Shown here piece by piece: positions 41,317 to 54,718 of a stretch of 64,000 nucleotides of DNA. The notes under the pieces were generated by a model. The model saw nothing but the letters and a program-made list of their open reading frames with translations, did not search any database and was not told where the DNA came from. Source of the DNA: the human T2T-CHM13v2.0 reference genome, Homo sapiens. The stretch's first letter is position 1, and each line of letters starts with the position of its first letter. Location: NCBI RefSeq assembly GCF_009914755.1, contig NC_060926.1. One strand, 5' to 3'. Both the position numbers and the translations under genes were made by a program.

Positions 41317-42599
41317 TTTCCTCCTTTTTTATGTCTTCCACTCTTCATTCTTCTAAGTTCTGTCTCCTTTGTTGTTGGGCACAGTGAAGAGAGAATTTTT
41401 TTTTAATTTCTCACTTTTTTTGTTTCATATTTGAAGGGAAATGGCTAGCAGCTGATTGCTCACATGGAGGGCACACTGTTAATTCACTATAGCCTGGTAG
41501 GATTTGTTCCTCACAATTATTTGTACTGTTTGATTAAGAGTGTGAGATACTGGACTCCTCACTTTTTAATCTCTAAATAATTCAAGGACAACAGGAAACC
41601 ACCCTCTCAACGTTGTTAAAATGATGTGCCCAAGATCTCATAGTTATTAGGTAAGGGGGCAAGAATTTGTCTGAGTGTATAGTACTATACTACTACTAAA
41701 TATTCAAGTTAATATACTCCCCTAGTTATGATATCCTGCACATCTGCATAACTGCACATCTTCTCGTTGTGGTGGTTCCTTTTTAGATCTGCCTCTAGGA
41801 AAAGGATGAGTCATTCAAGCCACTAGAAATACGCTGATTTTTGTGACAGCTATTATTCTCATTGAAAACCGATCACTCTGGTTTCTTTATCAGACTGTGA
41901 GCTTGGTTGATGCAACCCTGTCCCCAAGAGATGGATTCATTCTTTCTGTGTTGATAATGTAAACCTTTAAAACTTATAAGGCTGAACAACAGATTCTAGA
42001 ACTGTGGTGACCTTCCAAAGTCAGAGAAGCACATTGTGCCGCTTCATTGTGGTACCACTTACAAAGCCAGCAAGCAAACAAACAAATTATCCAGCATCAT
42101 CAATATCTCAAGCCTTCCACAATTAAGATCAATAATTGTGTAGGTTTACCAGGATATGATTGACAATTAAAATGAAAACATCTTTTAATTGAAATAAAAT
42201 GTATTTTACGTAACATATATGTGTCTGAGAAGGTCAAAGTCTACTTTAGGTTTCTTTTTTAAAAAAACAAAATTAACTTAATACTTAAAGGAATAGAATG
42301 TTTTCTGTGATGTAAATATTTTTATTAATTTATTTGTAGATTACTTTTAATTATCAAGGTCTACTTATAATAAAAAATACATTCATTCATCCTGCTAGGT
42401 GGCAGTCATCTCTAGTCTTTCATTAAGACAGTATTAAATGTCAGCATACAGAGACATCAAGTTGGAGACAAACTTCTTGATACACATTATATACATATTT
42501 TTAAGCAAATCATGTCACAAAAAAATGCTCAGATTGTCATTAACTATTTGATAAGTACAATATATTACTGTAATTTATTAAAACCCAGGTTTACACTTC

Positions 42600-44685
42600 A
42601 TGATTCTGGCCAAAATAGAGTAAGCCCATTATACCTATCACTCCCACTGATTTCAACTAAAAACTGGACAATATTTAAAAGGCAACCATCTGCAAACTCT
42701 GAGAAGTTAGCAATAGCAGACAAACTAGAGAGACAGCCAAACTTGAAGAAAGACCATAATAGAGATAAATACTTTGACCTGAACATGAGGCAGTAAAACC
42801 TCTAAGGAGAAAAGAGCTCCCTGATAGCTAGAGAGTATTAAGAGAAATCTCAGAAAGAAGAAAGCTGGAGATGACCCCCACTTTATATATGAACTGACAC
42901 AAGTCCTGGGCTAACCCCTAAGCTGTGTATGTGAGTAATAGGCATTAATATGAACCAGCATAGTAAAGGCTTTGGGAATTGAACTGTAATATAAACCACC
43001 ACCCAAGTCCCAGAATTACCTCTGAGAGATACATGTGCAAAAAAGTCAAAGCAATATAATAAAGACTTCGAAATCATAGCTGACATTGGAAATACCACAC
43101 ACAGAAGGCAAGAAATAATTCTTTAGTCTTAACCTAACTGGGTTGATGGCTTGATAAATTAAAAATTTGACATTCAACAGAAGGTTTTAATGGCACCCAG
43201 TCTCTCAAGGTAATATTTAAAATATCCAGGATATAACCAAAAATTACTAGAAGAATAAATAACCAGAAAAATATGACAAAGTCTCAAAAGAAAGATAAAT
43301 AATAAGACTTAAAGGAATAGAAATAGACAAATTCACAAATATACTTGGAGACTTTAGCACTCTTCTTTGAATTATCAACAAATAAGTAGATAGGAGACCA
43401 GCATGGATATATAAGATCTGAACAACACTATCAAATAATTTGATGTAATTGACATTTATTGAACGCTATATCTAGCAACAGCTGAATGCATATTCTTATT
43501 AAATCCACCTAAACAAGAACCTAGATGAGCTATATCATGGCTTTTATAGCAAACTATAACACATTTAAAAAATAGAAATAATACAAAATATCTTATTTGA
43601 TCATAGTAGAAATCAAAACTAAAAAGATATCTGGAAAGTACCGAAATATTTGCAAACTAAATGGCATACTTCTAAATAGACACAGGTTAAAGAAAAAGTC
43701 TGAAGTAGACGATAAAATATTTTGAACTGAATGAAATTGATGAGAATGGAGATAAATTTGCAGAATGAAGCTAAAATAGTGCCTAGAGGAAAATTTATAG
43801 CATTAAATGTTTATGCTAGACATATAGAATGGTCTCAAACTAATGATCTAAGTCTTCAACTTAAGAAGCTAGAAAAAGAGAAACAAATTAAAGCACAAGA
43901 AAAAAGGAACAATAAAAAATAACTGAAATTAATGAAATAGAAAAAGAAATAGAGAAAATAAATGAAACCAAATCTGGTTCCTTGAAATGATCAATAGAAT
44001 TCAAAAATATCTGGACGGACTGACCAAGAAAAAAGTGAGGATATACTTTTTTTCAATATCAAGCATAAAAGGGGGATTTCATTTCAGACCCTCAGAAATA
44101 AAATAGAAGGAAATCTGAAATAATAAGAAAATAATAAAAACATTTGTATGCCTATACATTTGGCAACTTAAATGAAATGGACCAATTAGTTAAAAAGATG
44201 GAAACTACAAAATTTATTCAAGAAGAAATAGATAACTTGAATAGCTTTATATGAGTTAAAGAACATTATTCATAATTAAAACTTTGCAGCAAAAAAGTCT
44301 AGGACCAAATTGCTTCACTGACGAAGTCTGCCAAAATTTTAAGAAATATGTAAACTTTATACAATTTGTTTTTCAGAAAATAGAAAAGGAAATATTTTGT
44401 CATTTTGTCATAAAAAAGCCAGATAAATGTAATACAAGAAACAAGAAATTGAAAACCAATATCCCTCTTACACATGGACATACAAATATTCAACAAAATA
44501 TTAGCCAAAAAATACAGCAGTACCTGAAATAATATTAATACATCATGACTTAATAGGATCTATTTCACTAATGAAAGACTGGTTCAACATTCAAAAGCTA
44601 ACCAATATAATCCGTCATAATAACAGACAAAAATGATAATTAAAATAGATAAAGAAAAATCATTTGACAAAATTTAGCATCTAAT
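42600..44685 (+). mobile_element. Old L1M (5' region and degenerate ORF2 up to the RT start)
   Basis: ORF 43731-43922 contains RGKFIALN...LKKLEKE, homologous to L1 ORF2; ends near 'aaatcatttgacaaaattt'. Left boundary approximate. Confidence 0.85.
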
Positions 44686-45476
44686 TTCCTCATAACAAAT
44701 GATATTGAGCATTTTTATATGATTATTTGACATCTGTATCTCTTCCTCGGTGAGATATCTCTTCAGATATTTTGCCCATTTTTTGGGGGGGTTATTTTCT
44801 TATTGTTAAGAGTTCTTTGTGTATTGTGAATACAACTGCCTTATCAAATATTTGTTTTGTAAATATTTTCTCCCAGATTGTGACTTGTCTTTTTGTTCTC
44901 TTAAAAATGTAATTTTCAGAGCAAAACATTCGAAAGGTGCAATTTATCATTTTTTTTCTTTCATAGATTATGCTTTTGGTGTTGTTCCTAAAAACTCATT
45001 GCCAAACCTAAAGTCACATAGATTACCTCCTACATTTTTTTCTAGAGATTTTACAGTATTGTGTCTTATATTAAGGTTTATGACTGATTTTGAGCTAACT
45101 TTTATGAAAGGTGTGAGGTCTGTGTCTAGATTTTTTTCTTTTGCATATGGGCATCAAATTGTTCTAGCAACATTTATTGAAAAGACTATCATCTCTTCAT
45201 TGAATTGCCAGTTTTCCTTTATCAAAGATATTTGTGTTGGTCTATGTATGAGCTTTCTATCCTGTTCCATTGATTTTGCCTATTATTTTGCTAATCTTAG
45301 CCTGTCTTGATTACTGCAATTTTTTATTGTTTCAAGTTGCGTATTGTTACTCATTCAACGGTGTTCTTCTTCAGTATTATGTTGGCTATTTTGATATTTT
45401 ACCTTTCCATAAAAATTTTAGAGTAACTTTGTTGATACCCTCAAAATATCTTGTTGAGATTTTCATTGGGACTGTA
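44686..45476 (-). mobile_element. Old L1M ORF2 C-terminal segment, antisense
   Basis: 'aatgatattgagcattttt...tatgcttttggtgtt...gcaacatttattgaaaagact' antisense L1. Confidence 0.85.
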
Positions 45477-45504
45477 AGTTCTGAAGGAGCAGGGAAACAA
45501 AAGG

Positions 45505-45735
45505 ACCAACACTCAGTGAGCATTTACCATGTACCAGGAACTTGACATTGCCTAATCTCATTCAATCATCACAAAATATTCTTATGCTACAAGTATTTCC
45601 CCCCATTTTACAGAAGAGGCAACTAAAGCTCAGGGAGAGTAAGTAATTTGCCCAAGTTCACTAAGCTAGTAAATGATATTGCTTTGCTTGTTCCTCTTTC
45701 AAAATCCATACCACTTCCGTAATAACCTACTACCT
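45505..45735 (-). mobile_element. MIR SINE
   Basis: 'cccattttacagaagaggcaactaaagctcagggagagtaagtaatttgcccaag'. Confidence 0.8.
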
Positions 45736-45810
45736 CCCAGACTATTTATCTCACTATCAGCAATGCTTAGTTTATTTCTTCTCACAATGAAGGCACTCAG
45801 AATGTGCCTC

Positions 45811-45956
45811 TGATAGAATTTAGGGGGAAAAAAACTTACATGAAACAAAGTTCATTAATCTGACAGAATATAGAGGAAAACACTTACATGAAATAAGTTT
45901 CATTAATCTGATAGAACTTAGAGGAAAAAACTTACATGAAATAAATTTTATTAATC
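45811..45956. repeat. Three-copy tandem repeat, 48-50-bp unit
   Basis: Units start at 45811, 45861 and 45909: TGAYAGAA-N-WTAGRGG...ACTTACATGAAA...ATTAATC. Confidence 0.93.
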
Positions 45957-46807
45957 TTTGACTCTAGTGACATTAACAGATAAATAGTTTCCTGTGTGGA
46001 GCTCACTTCCTTCATGTAACCACTAAATTCAGAACTCCATCATTCACTGATCCATTTAACAAATAGATATTAAGCATCTCATAAGTACCAGTTTTTTAGG
46101 CACTAGGAACACAGTGGTGAGCAGGGGGACATCAAACACATTCACACTCACAGAGTCTCTGACTTCTAGACAGAGATTATTGGTCACATTTGTGTCTTCC
46201 CTAAAGATATCCTGGGCATGGGTGTCAACCTTGACATCACCAAGCAACTTGGCTTCTCAGTCATTTGTTTATATTTCTAATTGTCCTCCTGACAAAACAA
46301 TAGGGGGTAAATAATATACTCAACTCTCTTTGATCCTCACAAGTGAATAATAATGATTGAGTACCCCTTCCCAGAAGAAGGAACAGAATTTACTAATGAT
46401 TTCTTGTTTAAGAGTTACAATGCTTAGAACAAACATTTGCTCCTTATAAGAAATTTACATGTTGTCTAGTTAGAATGGTTTAAAATGATATTAAAATATT
46501 CATTATTCTGTAACACATACCGAAGACCCTGGAACTTAAACTTAACTGAAAATGCACATGTAAGTCAGACCACAGTCTCTTGAAGTTTCTATGGCAAGTT
46601 TGTCAAAGTTGGAGAGTGTCACTTACTCCCAGCTGTTTCTAAGGTTCACAGCTTCCACCCCCTCAATACGTTGTCTGAGATTCTTGGCTGAGAGAGCTGT
46701 TTGTTTCTTTATTTAGCAAAATCTAGCACAGCTCTGCTTAGCAGAGGGACAAACTGGAATTTGCAAGTTTCTGCATTATCACCCAGGCAATTGCCAACTT
46801 GTCACAG

Positions 46808-46984
46808 GTGTACAGCATGAGAACAATGGGAAGAAGACAGCCGGGGACTGCTATGGACCTGAATGCAGGGGGCTCCATCTGCAATGTCCCACGCACCTTA
46901 CTGCATCTCACAGGGGAATCCACTTTTCGTAATAGGCAGAGGTGGGGAGTGCAGGTCCTACTTGCGGCTTACAAGACATTTTAA
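46808..46984 (+). CDS. Candidate last coding exon (VYSMRTMGRRQPG...LLAAYKTF*) of an orphan spliced ORF
   Basis: Acceptor 'ccaacttgtcacag|' in phase 0, open to TAA 46982-46984; AATAAA at 47075 and 47210; possible internal donor AG|GTGGGG at 46942. Confidence 0.4.
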   Translation: MYSMRTMGRRQPGTAMDLNAGGSICNVPRTLLHLTGESTFRNRQRWGVQVLLAAYKTF

Positions 46985-47450
46985 GTCGGCAATTATAAGC
47001 AGAGCTGTTAACAGAACGCTGCTTGATTATTATGTTATGAAGAAAAGAAAAGAATGGCAAGGGTAACTTGAAAAAATAAATGAAGTGCAGTGAGTTTTCC
47101 GAGAAGCAGAGAATGAAACTGAGAGATTCTTGTTATTTTTAAAAGCTGCTGAGTTGGTCTCACTTCTTTGCTAAGTCTCTCAAGTATTTTTTTTTCCTCA
47201 AAAGGCTTGAATAAATACCTGCCCTGCACTGAAGGGGAAATGCAGAGGTTCAGCTTACCGACAAGTGGACAGGTGGCGAAACAGGTATGGGCATTTCTGT
47301 TTCAGGTCAGCTTTTCATGGGACTTAATTGAATAATATCACCTCTCACTTTTTCCCTTTTTCCCCCTCATTGATCAAGCTGCTTTTGAGAAAAGTGATAC
47401 TTTGCATATCTGGCTAAGTACTGTTAACAGCCTCTGCCTGCGGTTTGTTA

Positions 47451-47481
<31 letters not shown>

Positions 47482-47846
47482 GTGTGATCTTGCCGGAGAA
47501 GTAATTTGCTTCTCTCCAACCAATGATGGCTTGTACTTTATGCAAATTGGTATCTAGGGACAACAAATCCCATTTAATACATATGCATAGTTCATAAAAA
47601 AACGACGTGAGAGAAAAGAGGAAAAAAGATAAAGCAACGAGTCAGCAAAAGAACAGGTTCCGAGGAAATTTATTGTCCCAAATTGGACATTTGTAACAGA
47701 TGATGTGAACAAGTGTTAACTTTGTTTTCAGCAGCTCTTCATGTACATTCACTAGACATCACACAGATTATGTTTTAAGGATCTGAACTGTAATAAAAAA
47801 AAGTGTCTATGGGCTTTAGAGTGTTGTGTTCCATATGGTTAGGGAA

Positions 47847-47937
47847 GTACGGAGTTATTGCGACAAGCATCTTGTGAAGCTCATTACGCGCGGTGGTGTT
47901 AGATGCGAATTGCCGCGCATAGCTATAGGGTACGTAC
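47847..47937. other. CpG-dense self-complementary segment (regulatory element or structured RNA candidate)
   Basis: 9 CpGs in 91 bp in a CpG-depleted window, with several complementary stems. Confidence 0.45.
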
Positions 47938-49603
47938 ATGACATCCCACAGTCAGCAGATAGCAACTGGAAATGAAAGATATGAAGGCACAGAGTACAGC
48001 TTCAGGGAACATGTTAGACAAAACATCTGCTGGTATCAGAACACTGCATTATCAGATCATTGTGGCCATGAATTTTTTATAGACACTTTTTTCCCCCAAA
48101 CCGCAACTTTGAAAGTGACATTTTGTGCAAAAAGTTTTTGATTGAAGTGTGATGTCAGGAGGAAGTCCAGTGCTGTAAGTCGTTGTATAGACAGCCGACA
48201 CTGGCAGCTCAAGAAAACTCCTTTTTGCAAAGTGGGGCAACCTCGACTAGGAGAATTTATGCTGCAGTGCATGCACATGGGAATGCATAAGGAAGAAAGT
48301 TTTCTAAGCAAAAAACATGACTGAGATGCTTTGGTCTTTCTATGCCACTCGACATGTGGACAGGTTCATATTCTAGACATTCACTTAACACTTCCTTTCT
48401 TCATGTGGAGAAAGGGTTGGTCAGGAGCTCCAATTAAGCAAGGAGGCAATATTCCATCAACTCATCTCTTGCACTCTGCTTGTTAATGGCAGCATTTCTC
48501 TTGTGCCACTTCTGCCTGAGAGTGGCTCTTATAAGAGATTCCTTCATTGCAGGAAACATGCATGGATGAAAAACTAGTTGAGTTCTGATTATTGGGAGTA
48601 TACATTAGCAGCCCCACAGTCCTTTAGAGAGGGTGGCAGGAAGGCCTGAAGCGAGGGAAGCAGTAAGGAGATGGTTCTCACCTTGAGAAAAGTTAAAGGT
48701 CCTGATATTTAGGACCCATTACAGGATGTCATATATTTCATCTTGGAAGATAATAAAGCACATCTAAAAGCATTATGACTTATGGAAGAATCCGGCTATC
48801 GATAGCCACCTTTCTGTTAGTGTGGTTCTGAGAAATGGAATGATTTCACTGATTCTGACCACCCAGGCCATGGGGTATAGGGATAAACATATTTCTCTTA
48901 AAAGAGCTAATGTGAAAGAAGAGTAGAGGAAAAAGAGCTCAAAGACAAGTGGCAGGTCCTTGAAATGGATTCTGGAGAACTAGAGGAAGTGCTTTTCTCT
49001 ACAATGCAACCAGTATTCAATTTAACGTTCTTTTCAATAAACCACTGGATTCCTCTTTTAGCCCATTAGAAAAGTGACACACTGGATGAGATCAGAGTGT
49101 GAGGCTCAGAAACTCTCAAGAGTCAGACTATATTTACTCATGGCAGCAGATATGCAGGAACATCTGTACAATAATTGGCAATAGTTCCAGCCATGAAAGA
49201 GAAAAGTAAAAGGTACTCATGAATGAGTAAGCACCAACTACAGAGCTCTGTACTTCACAGCTCTAAGCTGTTCTCTTACCATTCTACACAGTTTTCCCAT
49301 TTTCTTTTTGTCTTATTTTCATCTTTCTTCTTTATTTTCTTTTAAGAAAAGCAAAGTGAGGAAGAGGGTTGCTTTTCATTTTTCATAATTCCTTTTTTCT
49401 ACTGCTTTGTAGAAGAGATACAAATATAGAGAAATACCTTCTGGGAAAAGGATATATTCTCTATTATTCTCCCTGAAAGTTTTGATGAGCCATGAACTGT
49501 ACACAGAAAGATGCGAAAACTCATTCATTCAATAAATATTTACTGAGCATCTATTACTGCAAGTGGCCCTTGTGCCAAGAACAACTACAATTTTCAATAA
49601 CTG

Positions 49604-49911
49604 TATTTATTTATTTTTAATATTATTTTTGAGAAAAGGTCTTTCTCTGTTGCCCAGGTTGGTGTGCAGTGGCACAATCATGGCTCACTGCAACCTTGAC
49701 CACCAGGCTCAAGTGATCCTCTCACCTCAGCCTCCTGGAAAGCTGGGACCACAGGTGTGCACCACCACACCCAGGTAATTTTTTTATTATTTGTAGAGTT
49801 GAGGTCTCACTATGTTGCCCAAGCTAGTCAGGAACTCCCATACTCAAGCAATCCTACTGCCTCAGCCTCCCAGAGTGTTGGGATTATAGGTATGAGCCAG
49901 TGCATCCAGCC
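49604..49911 (-). mobile_element. AluJ element
   Basis: Antisense Alu with J-type 'ggctcaagtgatcctctcacctcagcctc' and 'ctcactatgttgccc'. Confidence 0.93.
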
Positions 49912-51218
49912 TTTATTTATTTTTGAAAAATATTATAGATAAAAAATTAATAAATAATACTCAGAGCCAAACATTAAGTAAAAGAGGGGAAAGAGAGAGT
50001 TAGGTAACCTTCAGCCTGGTTTTGTCTTGAGAACATTTGCTGTTCCAAGTAAATTTAGCTTGGTTTTTCTTGATCTCTGAGGGTATGGAAAAGACAAAGT
50101 CTAGGGATCATCCTAAGTGGGAAATATAGATGGAGATATCCCTACATTTAGTACCTCCAAAGACCACATGCTCAGTGTCACATAAAACACAAGTAAGCAT
50201 GTCCCAGTCATCAGCCAATCACCAGTACACACACACACAATAAGCCAACAACACAATAAGACAAAGACTTCAGAAAACATATTTATCAGGTATAAAAGAA
50301 ATATGTCTAATGAGTGCTAAGAAGGTGAATAAGGGACAAATTATAAAAAATAGTTAAAGGTTATAAAAATGTAAAAGCATATTTGAGTAAGAAAAAATAG
50401 AGCTTATAGAAATAACATATAACTCATTGGATGGATTTAACAGTTGAATACAAATAAAGACAGAAATTTTGTGAGCTGGAAGATATGTCCGAAGGGAAGC
50501 AAAGAGATGCAAAATGTTTTAAAAGTTAAATCATGATGGGGAATAAAAAAGTTTTAATATATGCCTAATTAAGTCTCATAAACAAGACAGAAGGGAGCTG
50601 TGGTAGTATTTGGCAGCATAGCGGTTTAGAATTTTCTAAAATTTATTATTTTTAATACCAATTCCCAGACTTATGAAGCTAAATGAATCCTAACCAGCAA
50701 AATAAATATCTAGAACACAAAACTGCAGACCATAAAAGACATAAATGTATTAAAGCACCAAGACAAAAATGAGAACCTTCAATGTTTGATGAACTTCCAG
50801 CTAACTTCTCAACAGCAATTATGAAAGCCACACACTGTGGTAATGTCTTTAATGTGCTCAGAGAAAATAACTGTCTACTGAGACTGCATGTTAATCAAAG
50901 TGATTTTCAAGAGAGTGGGTAAGGTAGTGGTATTTGTTGATACAAAATTAATAGTTCACTATCAACAGATCCTCTTTGAATGAACTTTTAAAAAATGAAA
51001 TTCACAAAAAAAAATGCAAGTGATCCCAGATGTTAGCTTTGAGTAACAGGAATATATTAGGAGCAAAGAAAATGATAATATGTGGATAAATTTAAATAAA
51101 CTTTGGTTGCATAAAATCATAGTGATAAATTCTTCTTGAGCTTAAAAAACAAATAGAAAAAATAATAAAAGACACAAAAAGGGTAAAACGAGGGAGTTGT
51201 TTTTATTAAGATAGTCTA

Positions 51219-51539
51219 GGCCAGGTATGGTGGCTCATGCCTGAAGTCTGAGCACTTTGGGAGCCCAAGATGGGCCGATTGCTTGAGTCTAGGACTTCAA
51301 GACCAACCCGGGCAACAAGACAAAACCTTGTCTCTACAAAAAAAAAATACAAAAATTAGCTGGGTGTATTGGTATGTGCCTGTAGTCCCAGCTACCTGGG
51401 AGGCTGAGGTAGGAGGATCACCTTAATCCAGGAGGTCAAGTCTGCAGAAAGCTGAGATCTTGCCACTGCACTCCAGCCTGGGTGACAGAGCAAGACCCTG
51501 TCTCAAAAAAAAAAAAAAAGAAAAAGAAAAAGAAAAAAA
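51219..51539 (+). mobile_element. AluJ element
   Basis: Dimeric Alu with J-type right arm 'aggaggatcacctt...ggaggtcaagtctgcag' and A/GAAAAA tail. Confidence 0.95.
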
Positions 51540-51857
51540 GACAACAATTTATGGAATATTTAGGTTGAAGGGAAATATATCAATTTAAATTTGATAAATA
51601 ATCTTTGCATGCTAAAATAATTAAGGGAGCCTTTAAGCTAATACAAATAGGTCATAACATTTATTAATAAATAGGTAGGGGAAAATGGAAATAAAAATAT
51701 GATCAACCATTCCAAACAGAAGCAATAAGAGAGAGGAAATGTGAAACAAAATTTGGGGCAAGTAAGCAGAAATTAAAATGGAGTATGTACATTCATATAA
51801 ATTACAGTAAATGTAAATGGTCTTTATGATCTAGTTAAAAGATCAAGATTGCCCAAC

Positions 51858-52080
51858 TGAGAGCAAGAGAGAGAGAGACAGGGAGAGAGAGAGAGAGAGA
51901 ACAGAGACAGAAGGAGAGGGAGAGAGAAAGAGGGAAAACAAGAAGAATAAGGAGGAGGGGAGGAGGCTGGGAAGAAGAGCAGGAGAATAAGAAGAAGAAA
52001 AAATACAGGAAGGGAAAGGTAAAAAACAAGAAGAAAAACAAGAGGAAAAAATTTAAAAGATTTAAAAAAAGAGAGAAAAG
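51858..52080. repeat. GA-rich low-complexity polypurine tract
   Basis: (GA)n, (GGA)n and (GAA)n runs. Confidence 0.9.
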
Positions 52081-52389
52081 ATAAACCAGGAGATTATTAA
52101 TCGAAAGAAAGACAGTATATAAGGCAAAATAAATATTATTCTTATGAAAGATAAAGAGGGTCACTATATAATGATAAAATGTTTAAACTTGCATGTACCT
52201 AGTAATAGCTTAGAACATGTAGAGTCAAAACTGACCGAACAATGTAGTATAACTTGACAAACTATTATAACAGCATATTTTAAGGCCCCTCACACAGTTA
52301 TTGATAGAGAAAGAAAACAAAAACATTAAAATTTGAAGTTTTCAAGCAATATAAATAGTATGCATGATGTAATAGGTGTATGTAGACTA

Positions 52390-52450
52390 AATTCCCTTTC
52401 ATATATACATATATCCTATTAGTCTTGTCCCTCTGAAGAACCCTAATACA
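52390..52450 (+). mobile_element. MLT2A LTR 3' terminal fragment
   Basis: 'atatatacatatatcctattagtcttgtccctctgaagaaccctaataca' matches the MLT2A 3' end. Confidence 0.75.
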
Positions 52451-53112
52451 ATACACAAATAAACAAATTAGAAAAAGAACACCACTCGCTAAATAAATGG
52501 CGAAGGGTGAAAATAACAACAAAACAGTAGAGATTAAGAAACTATGTAACAAAAAAATCCAATAGAGTCATTGACAAATCTTTGCTATTGACAAAGATTG
52601 TTTTCTGAAAAGTAAAATGTGAAATTCCTGTAGCAAAATTCATCAAAGAAATGCAGAATAAATTATAAATATTGGAAATAAATGATCCATAATTCTAGAT
52701 ATTAAATATAGTATGAGTAACTTTGTGTCAGTATACTTGAAAACATAAAATGGTCAACCTTTCAGAAGAAAAAGTAGAACTTTAAATCCAGAATGAGAAA
52801 GAAAAAGAAAATCTGTATAGTTTTATTACCTCTAAAGAAACTGAATTATCCTCTGAAAGAAACACCAAACCCAAGTGATGTTAAAATTATGTTCTACCAA
52901 ACATGCAAGATATAAATAGTCCTAATATCATACACATACATGTATCTCGAAGCTTAGATAAAATGGGAGTAACATGCCACACAATTTGGTGGGCTAGCAA
53001 ATTCTTAACACTACAACCTGGCAAGGACAACATAAAAAATCAGATTATATCTATAAATCACTCTGGAATAGAGGTGTAAAAATTCCAAACAAAAAATAAA
53101 ATAAACCTAGCA

Positions 53113-53529
53113 TTGTAATGATTTTTAGATCTACTCACAAATATGCTTATACTGTCTTTTCCTGGGCACATAGTAGGATTTCACTTTTCTACATACTTAT
53201 GGTTAGATTTTTCCATGTAGTGTTTTGGCCAATAAAATGTAAATAGAAGGGCTGTGTGCCAATTCAAATCAGAGGCTTTCAGAGCCAGAATGCAAGGTCT
53301 CGTGTTATTTCTGTCTCCGCAACAGACCCCTGCCACTTCCATATACTCCCCAAACGGTGAAGGTGCCATCAGCCTGAGTTCCTGTCAAAAACTAGATAGA
53401 GCAGAGACTCCATCTGACTCACAATTGACATTTAACATTATTGAGAAATAAACCTTTGTTGTTATAAACTACAAAAACATAGAGGTTGTTTGTTATAGCA
53501 TTAGATCCCAAACCATTCTGCCTGATGCA
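53113..53529 (+). mobile_element. MLT1H/I-like MaLR solo LTR
   Basis: 'ttttggccaataaaatgt...gagaaataaacctttgttgttataa...ggttgtttgttatagca'. Confidence 0.75.
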
Positions 53530-53937
53530 AGCATTGTATAAAAAATGAATTTACTTTGTGGCCGAAATGAATTTATCACAGAAACATAATTGCTGCTTTA
53601 CATTGGAAGATCACCACGTTAAGAGTTCAAGAGAAAAAATATATGATCTTCTCAATAAATGAAGATAAAGGTTTGATAAAAATAAAAACGTATTTATATA
53701 AAATCTCTCACAAGACTATTGATAAAGACAACTTCCTTCATAAAAGATGTACACCTTTTGAAAGCCTGAAACCTACATCATACTTCATAGTAAATGTTGA
53801 TAGTATGCTCTTTAAGGTCAATACAAATGGCAAGCATGCTCTTCATGATCATTTATAATTGGCATTGCATAGAAGACCTTAGAGCACTAAGGCAAGAAAA
53901 AGAAATACAAAGTGAGGGATTAGAAATAGAGATACAA

Positions 53938-54278
<341 letters not shown>

Positions 54279-54557
54279 TCATATAATTACCTTGGTAGAA
54301 AATCCAAAAGAATCAGTAAGTAAATTAAAATTCATAAGATAGCTTAGGAAGACCTCTGAATGTAAAATCAATTCAAAAACTGACTGCAAATCTATTCAAC
54401 AGAAAAAAATGTGTAAAATGTGATTTTAAAGGAGATACCATTTACAAAAACATCAAATATACCATATATATGGATAAATCTAACAATGTTATGAAGAAAA
54501 TTATAACTTAATTGGAAAGAATCAAAGAGATCTCAGTAAGTGGAGAGTTATGTCATA

Positions 54558-54606
54558 TTCAAATATAAATATTTATGTTCAAATATAAATATTTATGTTC
54601 AAATAT
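54558..54606. repeat. 20-bp tandem duplication (~2.5 copies)
   Basis: AAATATAAATATTTATGTTC at 54561-54580 and 54581-54600. Confidence 0.9.
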
Positions 54607-54718
54607 TGGGGAAATAATAATTGCAGATTTAAATTCAGTCCACATTGATTTATGGATTCAATGCAACTTATCTAAAATTTAACTCTGTGTTTGTGTCAAT
54701 GAACAAGCTGTTTCCAAA

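Noticed and set aside
44819-45545. 163-aa and 91-aa hydrophobic ORFs
   Set aside because: Antisense reading of T-rich old L1.
45811-45956. Repeats superficially like a CRISPR array
   Set aside because: Units are head-to-tail with no unique spacers, there are no cas genes, and the DNA is primate.
47456-47481. A26 run as the tail of a processed pseudogene
   Set aside because: No TSD or recognisable parent upstream; relevant only as a possible oligo-dT internal priming site.
47860-47920. HDV/CPEB3-like ribozyme suggested by TGCGAATT before a stem
   Set aside because: I could not place P1, P3, P1.1 and P4 in the required order; too little sequence lies between the candidate P2 strands.
51835-52164. 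109-aa Phe/Leu/Ser-rich ORF resembling a membrane protein
   Set aside because: Translation of the complement of a GA-rich low-complexity tract.
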